DNA from: Schmidtea polychroa
Taxonomy: Eukaryota
Direction: 5' to 3'
NCBI GenBank assembly: GCA_044892525.1
Contig: CM097885.1
Coordinates: 36,086,001-36,150,000, forward strand
DNA: 64,000 bases
Part shown: positions 1 to 15,600 of the stretch, one piece after another
Numbering within the stretch: position 1 is the first letter of the stretch
How the letters are laid out: each line of letters begins with the position of its first letter
The notes under the pieces: model-generated
Seen by the model: only the letters and a program-made list of their open reading frames with translations
The model's database searches: none
Told to the model about the DNA's origin: nothing
Translations under genes and position numbers: made by a program

Positions 1-322
1 TCATTTGATCCCTCGACTTTGATTGAATTAAAAATTAATTCAAAGTCTTTAAAAAGGGTTTGGAAGAAGAAATTATTTGGAATTACTTCTGATTCACCTA
101 AATTCTCACCTAAATTATTAACAACTGTCAATTTAATATATTACAAAGTATCATTCAAATCGAATATTCAGTTTGCGATCCATTAATGTAAAATTGAATC
201 GAACAAGAACCAGGATCTGTAATTGAATTCCTTGGGTACATATCTTTAAATGCTCCATGTTCAATTACTGATTGGGGAGAAGGTATATCGAAAAGACATA
301 ATTCTGATTTAGCGCTAATCAT
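1..322 (-). pseudogene. Polinton/adintovirus major capsid protein (hexon-like) N-terminus, decayed; runs off the window start
   Basis: Manual translation from ATG 322: MISAKSELCLFDIPSPQSVIEHGAFKDMYPRNSITDPGSCSIQFYINGSQTEY, then a frameshift, then DLNDTL*YIKLTVVNNLGENLGESEVIPNNFFFQTLFKDFELIFNSIKVEGSN. This matches the KSELxLF..P..Q..IE / F.I.GS..EY.DL..T pattern of Polinton-type MCPs. One frameshift and one stop. Confidence 0.85.
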
Positions 323-611
323 TTTTCAAAGATGGTACCATATCCTTTCATTCTTTTGTTTATAAGTTTCTTCATAATTTTTCGTCGTTTAAATGTTCCA
401 TCTTTTTGTTCTATTTCATTTTTAAATACATCGGATGCTTTATTAATTATTTCAGGTAAATGTTGCATCACGGCAGGCAATGAATCTTTCATTTCAGAAA
501 TTGCATTTATTTTAAAGCAGGCAAGATTTTTGAATTATTTCTTATTACGTCATTAGCTGTTTTCATACCAAAATTTCCAATTCGTCTAAGAATCAGGAGT
601 GCAAATCTATC
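319..611 (-). pseudogene. Small Polinton/adintovirus ORF directly upstream of the capsid gene (pX/'GasderminX'-like position), 5'-truncated
   Basis: RFALLILRRIGNFGMKTANDVIRNNSKILPALK*NAISEMKDSLPAVMQHLPEIINKASDVFKNEIEQKDGTFKRRKIMKKLINKRMKGYGTIFEK*. Its TGA overlaps the capsid ATG (ATGA at 322-319). It has an amphipathic N-part and a basic C-tail, with one internal stop. Confidence 0.6.
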
Positions 612-2574
612 TGTTGAGGTCTCGATATTTGAAACACTCAACTTATCTGGTTCTTATATAAATGTAAAAAAAACAAGTTTTGATATAAATATTTATTGAC
701 AATAAAAATTACCTAAGATAAGTAATGCAAATTCCAAATGCAAGACATTACTTTGAAGGAATTAAAAATGTCCAATGAGGAATAAAGACATGAATGAATG
801 ACGAAAAATTTGTGGAAAATGTTTATCAACCAAGGACATGGAAATGATGATTGAATGACGTTGAGGTTTTTCGAATGTGAAGATAGTGAAGATAGTCGAA
901 GCTCTCACCGAAATGGCCTGTGAAATAGAGAAAAGATAGACAAAAGTGATTATGTTATATTTCGATGAACGGTTTGGAAAGGACGTGAAGGTATCATGAT
1001 CGAAATCCAAATGGCATGGTTAATTATAGTTAATTTTTGTTGGATAAATAATTCGTGATATAATTTATATGCTTTATTTGTATTTCATTAAGATCATAAT
1101 AATTTGAGTCGATCCGTTCCTCGTGATGATGTGAGTACGGTGGGTAGTAATACCTATGGTCCTCAGGTTTGTCATGGGGAGTGATGAAACTCCGAGTTGA
1201 ACCAATAAAAATGAGATGAAATTCTGAGAGAAATCCTGAGATCTTCATTGAATTGCGATCGAAGTAGAGTTCCAGAAGAAAATTCCAAAATGATATCAAT
1301 AATTCCATCTTGAGTTCAACCATCATCAGTCACATAGATTGAAAATCAGTCTTTACTATTCGCCATAACTAGGAAATTCGTAGCCATACCTTCGAAGTAT
1401 CTAGCAGTCGACCTTTCGCTTCAATAGCTCTGTAGAAAATCGCATTAAACCCGTTACGAGCAAAGACAGATCCACTTACGTCATCTAAGCAAATAGATTC
1501 ATCTTGGTGGGGCAAAGTCACTGGTAATTGCTAGAATCCAATATTTCTTCGTTAATCGATGAGAAATTCAATCGATCAAACCAGTCGTCCTCTATAGATA
1601 TTATTTTATCGAGGTGTTCAAAGAGAGATTTCAAAGAGAGTACAAGAATACCCAATTCAGGATGGAACTAATGTGTTCCAAATTCATCTTCAAAACGACG
1701 GTGGGTCACGACTGTCGACCAGTTGTGCGGGCTATGGATTTCAGTTTCCACTCATCAACGAACCTATCTTGTCGGGAACAACCAAGAAGGCGAATTTCCA
1801 GTCAGCTACAATTCAGAACGTGTCCCCACGCCATCGACTCTTCAATTCATCGCAGCTACAACTTCGGCCCCGAAGAAACGTAAACGTCCTTCACGAGCGG
1901 CGAAAAATCAGAAGCGCCGAAACACTATTGCGGCGATGGAAACTTCGTTATTTGCCGCTAAACCTCAATCAAGGCGATTTCACAAACACATGAGCTGTTA
2001 ACAAAAGAAATGTACCGCCTCGTCCCAGCTGGAGAGAGGAAACTTCTAAAAGACGTCCAACTTCAAGTAGACATTGACGCCATGACGGCCGAGGGCGAAG
2101 TGTTTCTCTAAGTATCGACTCGAACTTGGAACATTGTTTTCTTTCGATTCCATGTGAATGGTTATCCCGGCCTCTAAATGTACACCTTGTATTCGTTGTG
2201 TTATCTAATAATTGACTGTACGTAATGATTATCTCGTGTGAACTGCAATAAATCTTAGTGAACTTGTTGTACGTCATCTGATTTGCTGTTAATTATTAGG
2301 TTTGTAGTCGATCGTCCGAAGATTTGATTTTTCGTTGATAAAGTCGTCCCCTTCGACCAGGATCGTATTGATCGTACAGAGATTTTACCAAGAGTAGTTC
2401 TAACATAGGAGCTCACCTGCTGGTAAATTCCGACCTATGTGCACAGTACCAAATTGTTACACCGCCACGAGCATACATAAGGGATATGAACTGCTAGTCA
2501 TATTGGATACTTCGGGAACCGAATTCTGAGCTCGTAGAAATATTAACTTTCCTTTCTTCCCTGGGTATCCAACA
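612..2574 (+). mobile_element. Degenerate LTR-retrotransposon-derived sequence (gag/protease-like remnants)
   Basis: Bounded by TGTTG...CAACA with no TSD found. More GC-rich than the flanks. 2393-2510 is clearly homologous to 14996-15450 (agagtagttctaacataggagctcacctgc vs agagtagtcctaacacaggggctcacctgc). A weak protease-like LLVILDT occurs near 2500. Confidence 0.5.
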
Positions 2575-3349
2575 AAAGTAAGAACTAAGAAAATTCAATA
2601 AATGTTAAATCATTATGTTATTAAAGTTTAAAATAATAAACTCACTAAGTTACTAATACATTAATTACTTTCATTTTTTAATAGAAACCCTGGTTCAGGA
2701 TTTCTCTTCACAATATAAATTATGTTAGGATTTGTGGATATACAATATTTCAATATATCAATATATCAATATACAATTTTAATTTTGGAAGGAGGCAGGC
2801 TAGAAATCTTGGTCTAGGAGCGGCATATTGCCAAATCCGTTGCTGCTGATATGTGTAAGTATTAGTTCGTTAAAATAATAATTGTGAATAATATGTCAAT
2901 TTCATCAATTATATCTTAAATCTTACTGAGTTTTATTCGAATCTTTAATAGTGAAATGATGCCTATTGGAATATTTTTTCTTTACATGGTTTCACCAAAG
3001 TTTTCACAGTGTTTAGATAAATATTTAACATGCGAAACATTTGAGCTTCATTTACTTTGGAAATTATTTAATTGTAACCAGCCTAGAACCGGAAGTGTAT
3101 TATTGTGTCCAATAATATTTCAGTATTGTTAGGTCTAATAATTTAATGTAAGGATATTATGAGTAAGGCTGACTGACTATTTCTGTCTAAAACTATTAGA
3201 AACCCAAAAAAAATAATCAAAAAGAGTTTGAACGAACAAAAATTAATAAATAAATGACTAATTCCAATTAAAGGGTAATTGAGCAGCCAGGAGCCAATGT
3301 ACCTACTAATCATTCACAATGCAAATTTTTTAACTGCACTTACCTAATA

Positions 3350-3550
3350 ATAAATTCTGTGTTTCATAAAATAGGCACTAGCGGGATCAAGAAGAGATTT
3401 GCACAGTTCTAAGTGGTTTGATTGTTTAAAAATTGTTATGTGTTTGGATGTTTGTGGATGGTACTAAATATTGATCAGACTCCTTGTGTTCAGTAATCAA
3501 AGAAATGGAACTAGATCCCGACAAAATCTTTATTTCCTTTAATGTTACAA
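3350..3550 (+). mobile_element. Penelope-like reverse transcriptase fragment
   Basis: Translation near 3485-3548, DSLCSVIKEMELDPDKIFISFNVT, resembles the PLE RT 'L.P.E.LVSFDV' motif. Short and decayed. Confidence 0.35.
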
Positions 3551-5392
3551 CAGATGGGTAAATGCGCAATGGGTTAAAACACAAATAGGTTTTTCATTCC
3601 GTACTAAATCGCTTTCGTTTGCCTCTTATAATTAATTCTGCTTCGACCAACTGGCGCTTTTTGTATTTTGCAAATTGTTTTTATAATATTTCGATTATCA
3701 TCAATCTTTGTCTCATCCAGCTGAAGAATTCACTGCAGATTCTTCTAATTTAAAATTAAGCTAAATGTGAATAGAATATATATCAAACGAAATCTATATA
3801 TGTTAGTTTGAATAATATAGTGTTGGGTTAAAACCTCTAAGTGGTTGAAGGTTTTTATATGGTTCAAAAATTAAAAATAAATCCATCAGCATATTTCACA
3901 AAAAATAACATAATTAATTTAATAAAAATTGTATATTTTATAAATGAAATAAAAAAATTAAAATTCTAAAAGAATTTATTTATAAAAAACCATGTCGGAT
4001 CAAAAAGTGTAAAATATATTATCGAAAACAAGTCTGTTTAACCGAATAGCTTGATGAAATTAGACATCATGGTAAATTCTTCAAATCAAATGAAGTATAT
4101 CTCACAAAACAACATTTATTTTTACCTACTTTATATGCCAATTTAGTTATTTAGTATTCCAACGGAAAAAAATTATTATCCCTCAAACTACCACGAACTT
4201 CACAATCACATCTTAAACAAGTGTCTACCTGTGTAGACAAGTGTAATTTCTTTTGAAAACTACTTGTTGAATATACTATAGTTATCACTTATTGCAGGTC
4301 ACTCGTTAGAGAACTGCATTCGCAACTTTCTACCATTTATAGCATGCATGACAATATATAAGTTGCTTCTTGTGGTCAATACAGACAAACTTGCGACAAG
4401 AATGGCATTAAGGGGTGTAGATCTTCTGCAACTAATGATTCAACATTTCTGTATTTGCTGTAACTTACAGTAACTTGGAGAATCATAAGCAGTGCCATCT
4501 TCTTCACCACTTTCCTCACTGATAAAAACTACGTTGCAATGCCACTTGTAAGGCTACTGATAATAATAGAAATAATGACACATTTCATGAAGCATTACTG
4601 ACAATATGGCTTAAGTAAAAGAAAAGTGAGTCTACAGTGTAGATACTTGGTTAAAGTATGAATGGTTAGTATGTTTCAAGATTAATATAAATTATTCAGC
4701 CATACTGAATCCAAAATATGTAATACTGAGTATTTCGACTATGGAATCAAAAGGAATTCGAAGAATACTTGTCTTCATTACCTTATACGCTACCAAAAAC
4801 AGTTTGCCTACACAGATAGAAGCTTGGTAGTTTGAGAGTAAAAAGTAAATATTCAGTAATTTTTCTTTATGTTTTGATTATTGTTTACGTTTTTCACAAA
4901 TGTTTTTATGCAGTTTTCAATGAATAAATTATCGCTTTTGTCTCAAGAATCATCATAATTGATATTGCTTATAGACGCCGTGGAGAACAAACCACGAAGA
5001 CAGAATACCAATTCACAACATGAGATTTTGATATAAAAAGACGAAACTCACAAATTTTATTGAGCGACTTAAACTCTACAGCTGAAAACCTCTAAGAAAA
5101 TACCATACAAACATTACGAAATATGACTAAATTAATTTTGTTTTCAATTGCAGATGGCCTCCTTCTATACCCTTAGTTGCACAAGTGATCACAAACAAAA
5201 GTAACACGGATGAACTTGGCTCTCAGCAAATTCTTTATAACAGATTTAACCCACTTTTGCCCAGTATTCCAATATTGGAACATTTAGAATTTTTACGACC
5301 ACTCCATTATCCTCGACGCAATAAAAGTTTAGACTGCAACATTCTACAGCTAGCAAGCGTGGAAATCGTGTTTTATGTAACATATAACATTA

Positions 5393-5804
5393 GGGAGAAT
5401 CCATTAAGACGTCCCCCAAAAAAAGCACTTTTTGACCCCCTGTCCCTTTTCTGGAGACCCCCGGGGACATCCCTCCGAAAACAGAACTCCCTTATTTTCA
5501 GACGAAATTTAGAACATAAATTATAATATTAGGCAGATTATTTTGTTGCTGGTTGTTTAAATTGTCCAACTTTAAAAAGAGAATCCATTTTTTAAAATAA
5601 AATTAATAAAGCTAATATCTGTCTTTTAATTAGTAGCCTAAAATATTTCAGTATAATGTTTACTCATCCTCCCATGGTGATTGGGTAGGTATTAGGTTTA
5701 GTCTGAGGATGTCCTAAGCACTTGGACCTCCATTGTCCCCATATGTCCCGTCTGTAGAAACCCCCTCCCCTCCCTCTTAGGGGACGTCCTTAATGGATGC
5801 TCCC
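5393..5804. mobile_element. MITE with PIF/Harbinger-like termini
   Basis: TIRs GGGAGAATCCATTAAGACGTCCCC / GGGGACGTCCTTAATGGATGCTCCC, flanked by TA on both sides; no coding capacity. Confidence 0.8.
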
Positions 5805-6689
5805 TATGCATAAAATCAAGGAGTCAAAATGGACTCATTGGTAATTTTAAGTATGTCTTAAAGTTTCTTTGGAACAGTTTTAATAAGTTCATATTTCAGT
5901 ACGTTGTGTTATATCCTTAAATAATAATTATCATGAAATTTGATGATAAAATTATACTCGCTTTCACAGTTATGAAAATTAAAAATTTACTCGTTTTTGC
6001 TCTTCGTAGACGGATAATTTAATGTATAAACAATTGACGGGACTATGAAAGAAACATAAAACACAGTCAATCGATTAAAGCAATGCGAAAATTAAATTAG
6101 CCAATACTCAGAGAAGAATTTTATATTGGCTAATCAGATTTATTCAGCTTGAAGCGGTTTCTCTTGAGTAATATCTGCAATTGCCGCTTTTTATATTGTC
6201 AGTGAAAATCGAAATTGTTGTCAAGTTTTGCTACAAATAAAACTTATTGTGTTGATTTTCTTATTCTGATCAAGAACACAAAGAATTGGATCATAATCTC
6301 TGTCCTATCGAACCATAATATTAACTCAATATATTGTCACCCAAATAATTTTTTTTGATATTGATTTTTACGAAATAATTTAGAATTTAGTAATATTTTC
6401 AATTTTAAAAAAAAATCAATATTTTTTACAATATCCATGGAGATCTCAACAGGATGTGAGAAAACCAAACTTACCAGTATCCTTATGTGTGGAACCAGAT
6501 AAGAATTTCGCAGAAACTATTTCCTTTAAACTGAAATAATATAAATAGAAAATATAACAAATTCTCATTAATAACTTTGATAAATTCAATCGAATTTCGA
6601 AAAAAGGAGAAAATTAAAATAATTAGAAAAACTAGAAAGACCAAGCCATAAAATATTTAAAATAATATTTCCCTCTGTGTGTGTTCCAC

Positions 6690-9600
6690 TTATTGTAAAT
6701 CTGTGTGAATAACTGATTGATTTTGAGTTTTATCATTGCCAATTGTAGCTGAAATCAAGCTGATAGTATCTGATGATTTCGTCATAAGATAATCATCAAT
6801 TGTTCGTTCTGTACAATTAGCTACAGGTCAAATTAACACGTATATATTTCCCATTAAAGTAAATATACCAATAAATCTGATGAATGGTCTAACATCGCCT
6901 TCATTTGCGACTTTGAGCAACTTAAAATACTTTTCCCGATCTTCATTGAGAATGATACTCGGTGGATAATTAGCTCGCATCAGTATGAAATTCATCAATA
7001 AACGAGCTGTTCTCCCATTTCCATCTTGAAATGGATGAAGAAATACAAATCTCCAATGAGATAATGCAGCTAATTCGATTGGATGTAATTCCTTACTATC
7101 CTCACTGTTCAACCATTCAAGAAATTGTGACATCAAATTAGGTATTTCCTCACTCGGAGGAGGTGTGTGATCAGCAATAAAGACTTGCTTGTTTCGGAAA
7201 CGACCCGCTTCAGATATGTCAACAAAACCCAAAACTCTTTTATGTAATTCAAGAATATGCTCAATTAGAATGTTTTGTTTGCCTTCGTTTAATAAACTAT
7301 TGAGATATTTTAATGCTAAATCAATTCCCATGACCTAAAATTATAAATAACAAAAATAAATCACGAGAAATTGAAGTTAACAAAGACTAAAAAATTTTTA
7401 AAAGTTGAGATTAAAAAACAAAGAGGATATAAAACACAAGCTAGAGAATATTTTGAATAAAATTAATTTTTGGTTATGGTTAAAAATTAAGCGTTATCAA
7501 AAAAATATTTAATTTCTGTATGTTTTTCTAGGTCCATCAGTATTGTTCTTGTTGATTATATCTTCAACTGGAATTCCTAAACATTTTATTGATGTTTTAG
7601 GATATTTTATGAAATGCATATATTTATAAGTTATGTTGAAATTCATCAAATTCTTAGATTTTTGTTCATTAGATTGAAGTTTTCATTAAAATTCGAAACA
7701 TGAAAACCCTATCGCCAACCGCTTCTCACTGTCTTTCCCAGTGAATTCCGATTGATATTATCTCCATTCAACTCAATGATTGGACCACTAAAAGAATGTT
7801 TCATGTCACACCTCATCGATTTTATCTTCTCTGTATTCACTAAAGTTACTGCTATATACATTGGTTCATCAGACCTTGGAAGAACATCTGGATTCAAAAA
7901 TCAACAATAAACTGCATTGCGAAATGCTAAAATTTCCACAAAAGTAATTGTCGAGGTTCAACAGTTCACTGTTGAGAATGAAAAAATGAATGTAAGTTTT
8001 TTATTCAAAATTTAACAAAATGAGAGTAACAAAATTCAGAGAAATCGATAATAATCCAACAAAGAAAGATTCAAAACTAACGAGATGAGAAGAATCAAAT
8101 TATAAACTCACACAGACGCGACAAAAAACCAAGAAAAAAAGAGTACAAACGCTGAAAAAAAGCATATAGGGAATATTCATTCAAATACTACGAAATCCTA
8201 CAGAAGTAGGCAAAATCAAGGAATTAATAATGGAAAAAATTCTACCAATTGCATAATAACACTTTGAAACACTTTATTATCCATCCCCGCCCAGATATAG
8301 CTGGGTATCTAATTACCATTCATGAGCAGATTTTCAAATGATCTCAAAAAGTTTTTCTTGGACGATTCGATTTAAAATTTCAAACGGTAATCTGACTATA
8401 TATTAATATTATAACTATTTTATCTATTATACTTAAACTTAATAATATAAGCATGCCTATCCTTATAATTCCTGTAACGTAAGCGTTAATAATAAGAATC
8501 AACATTTTTATTCGGATGTTTGTCGTTATTATTTTTTATAATGTGATTGTTGCTATTTTATTATTTTTACATGTTAACAAAAATTATAATAACCAAAAAA
8601 TTATTATAAATAATTAAAATAATTATATACACCAATTATATTGTGCTAGTATACGGTTATGTTCCTTAGGAAATTATTATTCGCGAGAAGTGAGTGCACC
8701 TCTGTACACTATAGTCGTCACTTGGCTGCCATTACTCTACGCGAACCTTGGAAGATCTGTTTATCCTTCATGTTATGGTGTGAAACCATATTGAAATTTG
8801 CTCAAAAAGTGTCCACAAATTTGATTAGGTTGTGTCGGTATATAGAGCCTGATTTGCTGTGCATTGCATTGATTCAGTAAAACAAAATTGAATTACTTTT
8901 AATTCTGATTAATTTTGAATTTCAATATTTGGCGATTTTGATGGCAATTTTTCGTAATTTATGATTTATTTTCTAGATTTTATATTTTATTTAATTTTGC
9001 CGCCTTGATGTTGTTTTAATTTTCATTTCTTTTAATTTTTATATTATTTCATTTTGATTTTTTGCAAATTTAGCTATTAAAATAGCATTTTTTAGTCAGC
9101 TTCGATTAATTAAAACTGGCGGCCATGATGGATTTCGCTATTTTTATAGAATTTTTTTTTATTCTAGCTTTTTGTGTAACTTTTATTTTTAATTCATTTT
9201 CTGATGATGTTCTGTGGAAATCTTCTTCATTTCAATTCCTAACTTTTCTTATCGCCATTAATTAAATTTGTTGTCTTCTGTTGTTTCAGTATATTTTGTG
9301 CTTTGTTTTATTTTACCTTAGTTTTGGATTTATCATTTTGGGGTTAAGTAAATTCTATCTGGTTGTGTTTAATCGATGTTTTGGCGTGTTTCTAGTTAAA
9401 CTCGACTTAATGTTGTGCCTGCTTGCTTTTTTCCAACATATTCCGCCCCGTTACATAAACGTGGGACGAAAATCAGATTTTACCCAACAATTTTTTTATC
9501 AAAAGTAATAATTTCAAAAATTCCTAATATATCTATTAATTTATTTCAAATTCAAATTTATAATTATATATTGATTTATTTTTAAATTAATAATTAATAA

Positions 9601-12600
9601 TTTAGCTAAATATTTAACAAATAAAACTATTTTATCGTTCAAGATATTGATTTTATAATTCGAGAATAATATTATTAATCTTTAATGATTTTTTCCTTAT
9701 CTTTTATTAAATTAAATTTTATTAAATTATCAGTGAACAAAAACATTTTAAAAAAGCTTTAAAAATCAATCATAAATTCATAACAAATATGGTAGTTTAA
9801 TTTCATTTTGAAAATATTTTTAAAAATTTTTAAAAACAAATATTAATAATAAAGCCAATCCAGAAAATTCAAGTGAAAACAATATATTGATTTATTGACT
9901 GAAAATAAATTTTAATAAATGAATAATTCAAAATATAAGTATTAAGACAAGAAATTTATAAAAATAATCAATAAAATTGTAAAATCTATGAAATTTAAAT
10001 TATTGATAATAATTAACGAATCAATATACAGTAAACCCTCCAACTGCGCGGTTTTTCATTGCGCGGCCAAACCTTTAATACCAAAATTTCGATCTGCGCG
10101 CTAAAAATTTCGTAGCTGCGCGGTTTTTTTTGTTTTTGTCTATTTTAACAAGAAAAATCATGTCAATTTAATTTTTTATGGTGAATCCCGTAAAACTACG
10201 AATACATATGGTAGTGAAAATAGTGATTCATCGTATTTCGATGCACTGTATTTTTTATATAAAAATAATAAAGGCAGTTTCATTTTTTTAATAATTTCAT
10301 TTAATTATTAGATATTTATACAAGTGTTTATTTAATTAAAATTATATTAGTATTAAATTCAAAAAAATCTTATTCGTGTGCATTAGATATAACCGTAATA
10401 AAAAATTATTACATCAATTAAAGAGTGTTATAAAGTAAGTATAAATAAAATTTTTGATTTTTGATTTAATACTCATTTTGATTTAATAGGTTTTTAATAA
10501 TTTCTACACCTTATATATAATAATGGAAAAAGCTGGCAAAAAAAATATTGACGTTAGAGGCAAAACTTGAAATTGTGAAGCAATTAGAAAATGGCGAAAA
10601 AATGTCTGTTTTAGCTAAGAGACACAATATGAACGAATCCAGCATAAGGAGGATTAAATTGAATACTATAATAGCTATAATGCTATAATAGTAATATTAA
10701 TTATGTAAAAGCAATGAATTGAGACTGTTTTTATTAGTTTTTATGTTTATATAAATGTAAATATGTATATTAGTCGTTGAATAAAGACTTTTTATTATAT
10801 TTTTAAATATTTTTGTAATATCTGGAACCTAACCCCATAATTACATATAAAATCGGGTTCAGTGCGCGGTTTCGGTTTGCGCGTTGTTTTTGTGGAACGT
10901 ATCTACCGCGCAGTTGGAGGGTTTACTGTAATAATTAATTATTTTATAATTTCTTTTTTATCTTTTCTGATTTTTTATTCTATCTTTTATTAAAATAAAA
11001 AATCATTCAGTAAAACTTTTTTAAATAAAAATTTTTAAAAGCGTAAATAAACAATTGAACAATGTAGCGAAGGATATTGAAGTAATATATAATAAAAAGG
11101 ATTAATTGTCTGAAAAATGTAAATAAAATTAATAAAAACCGGGAAAACACGAAATTTTCTGTAAAATAACTAAATAAAACCTTGTGTCAAATTGAGGTAA
11201 TCAGTCAAGTATTAAGGAAAATAAGAAATAAGGAAAGGAGAAATAATAAATGAAATAAAATAATAAATAAAATCACCAAAATGAAATAGTCATCAAATAA
11301 TTCTTAAACAAACAAAACACATAACCATAACCGATAGGCAAAGCAAAATAACCAAGAAAAATAAAAGCAAAAAAATATCGGAAAAATAAAATATTAATAA
11401 TAAAACAAATGATAATTAATAAAAAACGATAAATCACAAACAGGATCCAACAAAAGAAAGAGAAAAATAAGAAAAAATAAATTATTTAATAAACTACAAA
11501 ATAAAAGAAATAAACCACCTCAAGAAAAATGTTAAAAAAAGTAAAAAAGAGAAATAACACAACTTTACACAATAGCTGGATCCTGATTGGACGATATTTA
11601 ATATATAAGAAAGCGACTCGACTGATTCCCTCAATTGTTAGATTGCAAAAATTCCAAGTTAGATCACTAAAATTTCAATCTAATCTATTATTAATTCGAA
11701 ACATTTAGTATTAGTTGTAAAGCGCACTGCAATATTCTGTTTGGAAATCTTGTATTCGTCGAACCGGAATCGAGAAATGTAAATTTTATTTTTTATTTGC
11801 ATTATGTCCATTTAGTTTTATTATGTAACATAGTTATGTAACATGAGTTAAAATATCAAACATTCTTAAAGCTGTTTCTCTTTTCTCATTGTATAATTTA
11901 TATGTATGTATTCGGGAAATAAGTCAATTAAGTATGGAATTTCGTGTCTCAAAGATGTCATTAGGATTAAGAATGAATTAAATGTATTCTTGTGAGATTT
12001 ACGAATAGAAAAATCAGGAGTGATTGATTGTGTACCTATGTTCACGTAGGGCGTTTAGAACGAGGAAATGATTGAAGTATGTTGAGAAACGATAGTGTAG
12101 ACGTTATCCCAGAAGCAATTTGTTCATTTGCATGAGATGAGAACTATTGAGATGGAGTATACTACTGAAAATCGGTAGATAGTTAGGCTTCTATATAAAT
12201 CCCCGGAGATCTATCGGTACCGAACAACGATCGAGAGTACGAAGAGCTTGTCAAGGAAAAATATGAGGCATTGAGGGACAGGTGCATTTGAACGAGTGAG
12301 AAGGAGATCTGCAGATATTAGTATAAAAGGGGAGTGTGAACCACTCGTGTTAGCTTCCATAGAGAATTGACAACCATATTTTCAACGAAGTGAGGCAAGT
12401 TAGGATAGAAGTCGATAATAAATGACCAAGTATTGAAATTCCAAAAATCCTGTTATCTTGATTCGACTAACATTGATAAATGATCGAGTGTTGAAATTCT
12501 TAAAATTTTATTATTTTGATTTAATTATTATTAATGTGTGTGGCGAGACCTGTTTGGAAGGGAGTTTGGATACCGTTGGTACTTGTGACGATGGTAATCA

Positions 12601-15600
12601 GATTGTCTTCACAGATTGGCACGCTAGGAGTGCAGGCAAATGTGTGGTTGGGTGAGAAGTTAGTCGTCTGAGTAGGGGGAGCATATGAGACGATTCTTCA
12701 AATCAGCAGTGGAAATGGAACGACCGACGTATAGGCCAGATATCTTCTACCGCATAAAATTCTCCATTTAACAGCTTTGAGTAAGCCTTGACCATACGTG
12801 ATCAACTTGTCGGGGACGACGAAGTAAAATATTCAGTAGTGCACCTTGAAAACCTCTGTAAGCCATCCAGATTCATCTTCACTTAGATTTAGTCGACCAA
12901 ACTGGTTGATTGTACTTTCCAAGGGAATCGACGGATTAGTTAAGCATCGGTAATCGTTCGAATATCGCGATCACTCACATCCATGATACTGCATAGACTT
13001 TGTGAAAATCAGTATCGGTAATCAGATGTAAACTTCCGTTGTTTATCAGAGATTACCGTCAGTCATTGGAGCAGATTTATCATATCATCATATTTATACA
13101 TGAAACTTCACTCGCCTAGGCACGTCCACCTCGATAAATCGAGACAGAAACTGTTGTTCATCGTTCCAATTAAATCCAAACAGGATGTGTCACTAACATC
13201 GATCGGCGAGCAATTTCTTAGAACTCAGATTTCACAGACATCACATATCGTAAACAATTGTTGGAAATTATAAATAATTACTGTCATACTTAATCAAACC
13301 TAACCGAGTAGAAAAGTCAACGTTTAATTAACCCCAATTACATTCGGAATGTGTATTACCATCAATAGGTAGTGTTATCGTTAAATTAATCTTAACTCGA
13401 ATCAGAAAATGAATAAATTGGATGAAACATTGGGTAATAAGCATACCGTTTAAGAGGTGAATTACAGCAAAAGTCACATTTGATTCAAATTAAGGGTGAA
13501 GATTCAACAGCTCGTCTCTGTAAGTCCCTCCCACCTAAATTGATTTCTTTTCTTGTATAGTACCGGTTGGCTTTATCGAAATAGCACTGTCGTGGGGGAA
13601 AAAGCTTATGTAAGCGGCATAAATTAATTTTCTTTTAATTTTACTCCCATTCGAAACCACACGGTCCTACTTAAATATGTCTTGTTCTAAATTAGTTAAC
13701 ATTTTGGGAAAATTGACCATTGCATGAAAAGTAAAGCGGCTAGGTAGTCATTTGATCAAATCTCGCTCCCTGTGTTTTTGAAAAGTTGTGATGGGTTTTG
13801 TTAGGCAAATGATTGAATAGCACGTCGACTTCAGCAACAGGGAGATAATCCCATGAATAAAAATGAATAGAGCGGAGATCTACGACCCGTAAACACCCGA
13901 CCATTCACTTGTCATAGCTGTTTGATTTAAAACCCCTAACTCAAATGCATTTTTCAGCTTATGTCGGAACCGAATTTTCCACCATCCGGTCCAAAACCAT
14001 GTTTTCCGTGTGTCGACAAAAACGCGAATCTGCGTCAGTTAAATGACTACATCGGGGGTTCTTAAGAAGCGTATCGACACGCTGGAAGGTACGTGGTTCT
14101 CCCACCACTGATGAAGGAGACGAATAAGAAAATTCTACGACTCGAGCACCGCCGTGACAGTTTGCTCGAGGAAAGCAGATGCCAGCGCCTCACGCCGCGT
14201 CTGCGAGTTTCCACTTACTGATAAATGGAATGTGTTCCCAATACATCATCAGACAGATGAGATAATCGCTCAGTCTACATCGCTGTGTAGCAATCATGGC
14301 CCCCAGGTATCTCCCCTGTCGTAACACCCGACTTAATGTTCATGGGGACCAGTAAGACGCAGTCGACTCTCACCAATATCACGAGGCCATCAACAGATAC
14401 AGCGAACACCAATAACGTTATAGCTCAATCAAATCCGCAAAAGTAAAGCGTTTAACCCGGACAGAAAGATCAAAGAAACGTCGCGACGAGATTACTGCAC
14501 TGTAGGCGACTCTGTTTGCCGTTACTGAGGCCAGAAGGGGTCAACCACAGCCTGCTCCTATCGCTTCTGCAACACCTGGAATCGGACATCGCCGCCATGT
14601 TAGAGACGAGGGCGAAATACAGATGACGAATTAAAATCGTAGAAAATCGGCAACCATACGCTCGAGATTTTGGTAGCTATCCATTCCCGATTGCGGTTGT
14701 AGTGATTTTCAGTGATTGTGTGAATTAGTTAACTGATGTTTCTGATTGTTAAATATTTGATCGGCGTTGATTCTAATGATATGTTGGTGTCAGATGTGTT
14801 CTTTTGTTGTGTTTTTTCGTGTGATTCCTAATCATAGAATACCTTTGTTAGGCAGTCACGGGAATGTAAAGGATACTTGAAGACGACCTCATTTGGATCA
14901 GGGGTGTCATAGAAACGAAAAAGATTGAATAAGAAAGAAAGAAAGATGGAAGCCCTTCTAACGGCATTCGGGAACCCGAATGGTGAATATCATGTAGAGT
15001 AGTCCTAACACAGGGGCTCACCTGCTCATGAATTCCAACCCATGTGTACAGTACCAACATGATTCGTTGCAGTGGCGTAGCTAGAGTACTTGGCGCCCTG
15101 GGCTTACTATAAAAAAAATTTTGTGATATTAAAATAGACATATGTAAAATCGCCAAATATAAAATGCATATTAATAAATTCTAAAATAATATTTTAAAAA
15201 AATATAAAATATAAAATATAAAAATATAACAAAACTAGAAAAAAACTGGAAAACAGAAAAATAAAATCCCTTTTTCATCGTTTATTTAAAAAAATTTTCA
15301 ATGCTTGGCTATATTTATATATTTTAGATATATTGCGTTCAATCCGGCGCCCCAAAAATTGTGGGACCAACTGTCACCCCCCCCCCTCCTACGCACTGAT
15401 TCGCTGTCATGGCTACACATGAGGGAGAATACTGGCAAATCATAATTGGGCGTTTAGGAAGGAGTCCCTTATGGAACTACCATCTTCACCCCTAGCAACC
15501 ACCACTGTGACACACTCCATAAGCGCCCAACATTTATAATATCTGAAATATTAAAACAAAACATTTATAAAATAATCAATAAAATTGTAAAATCTATAAA

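Noticed and set aside
6828..7331. Stand-alone bacterial-type Fic toxin or horizontally acquired gene
   Set aside because: It is exon 4 of a spliced metazoan FICD with TPR and TM exons upstream.
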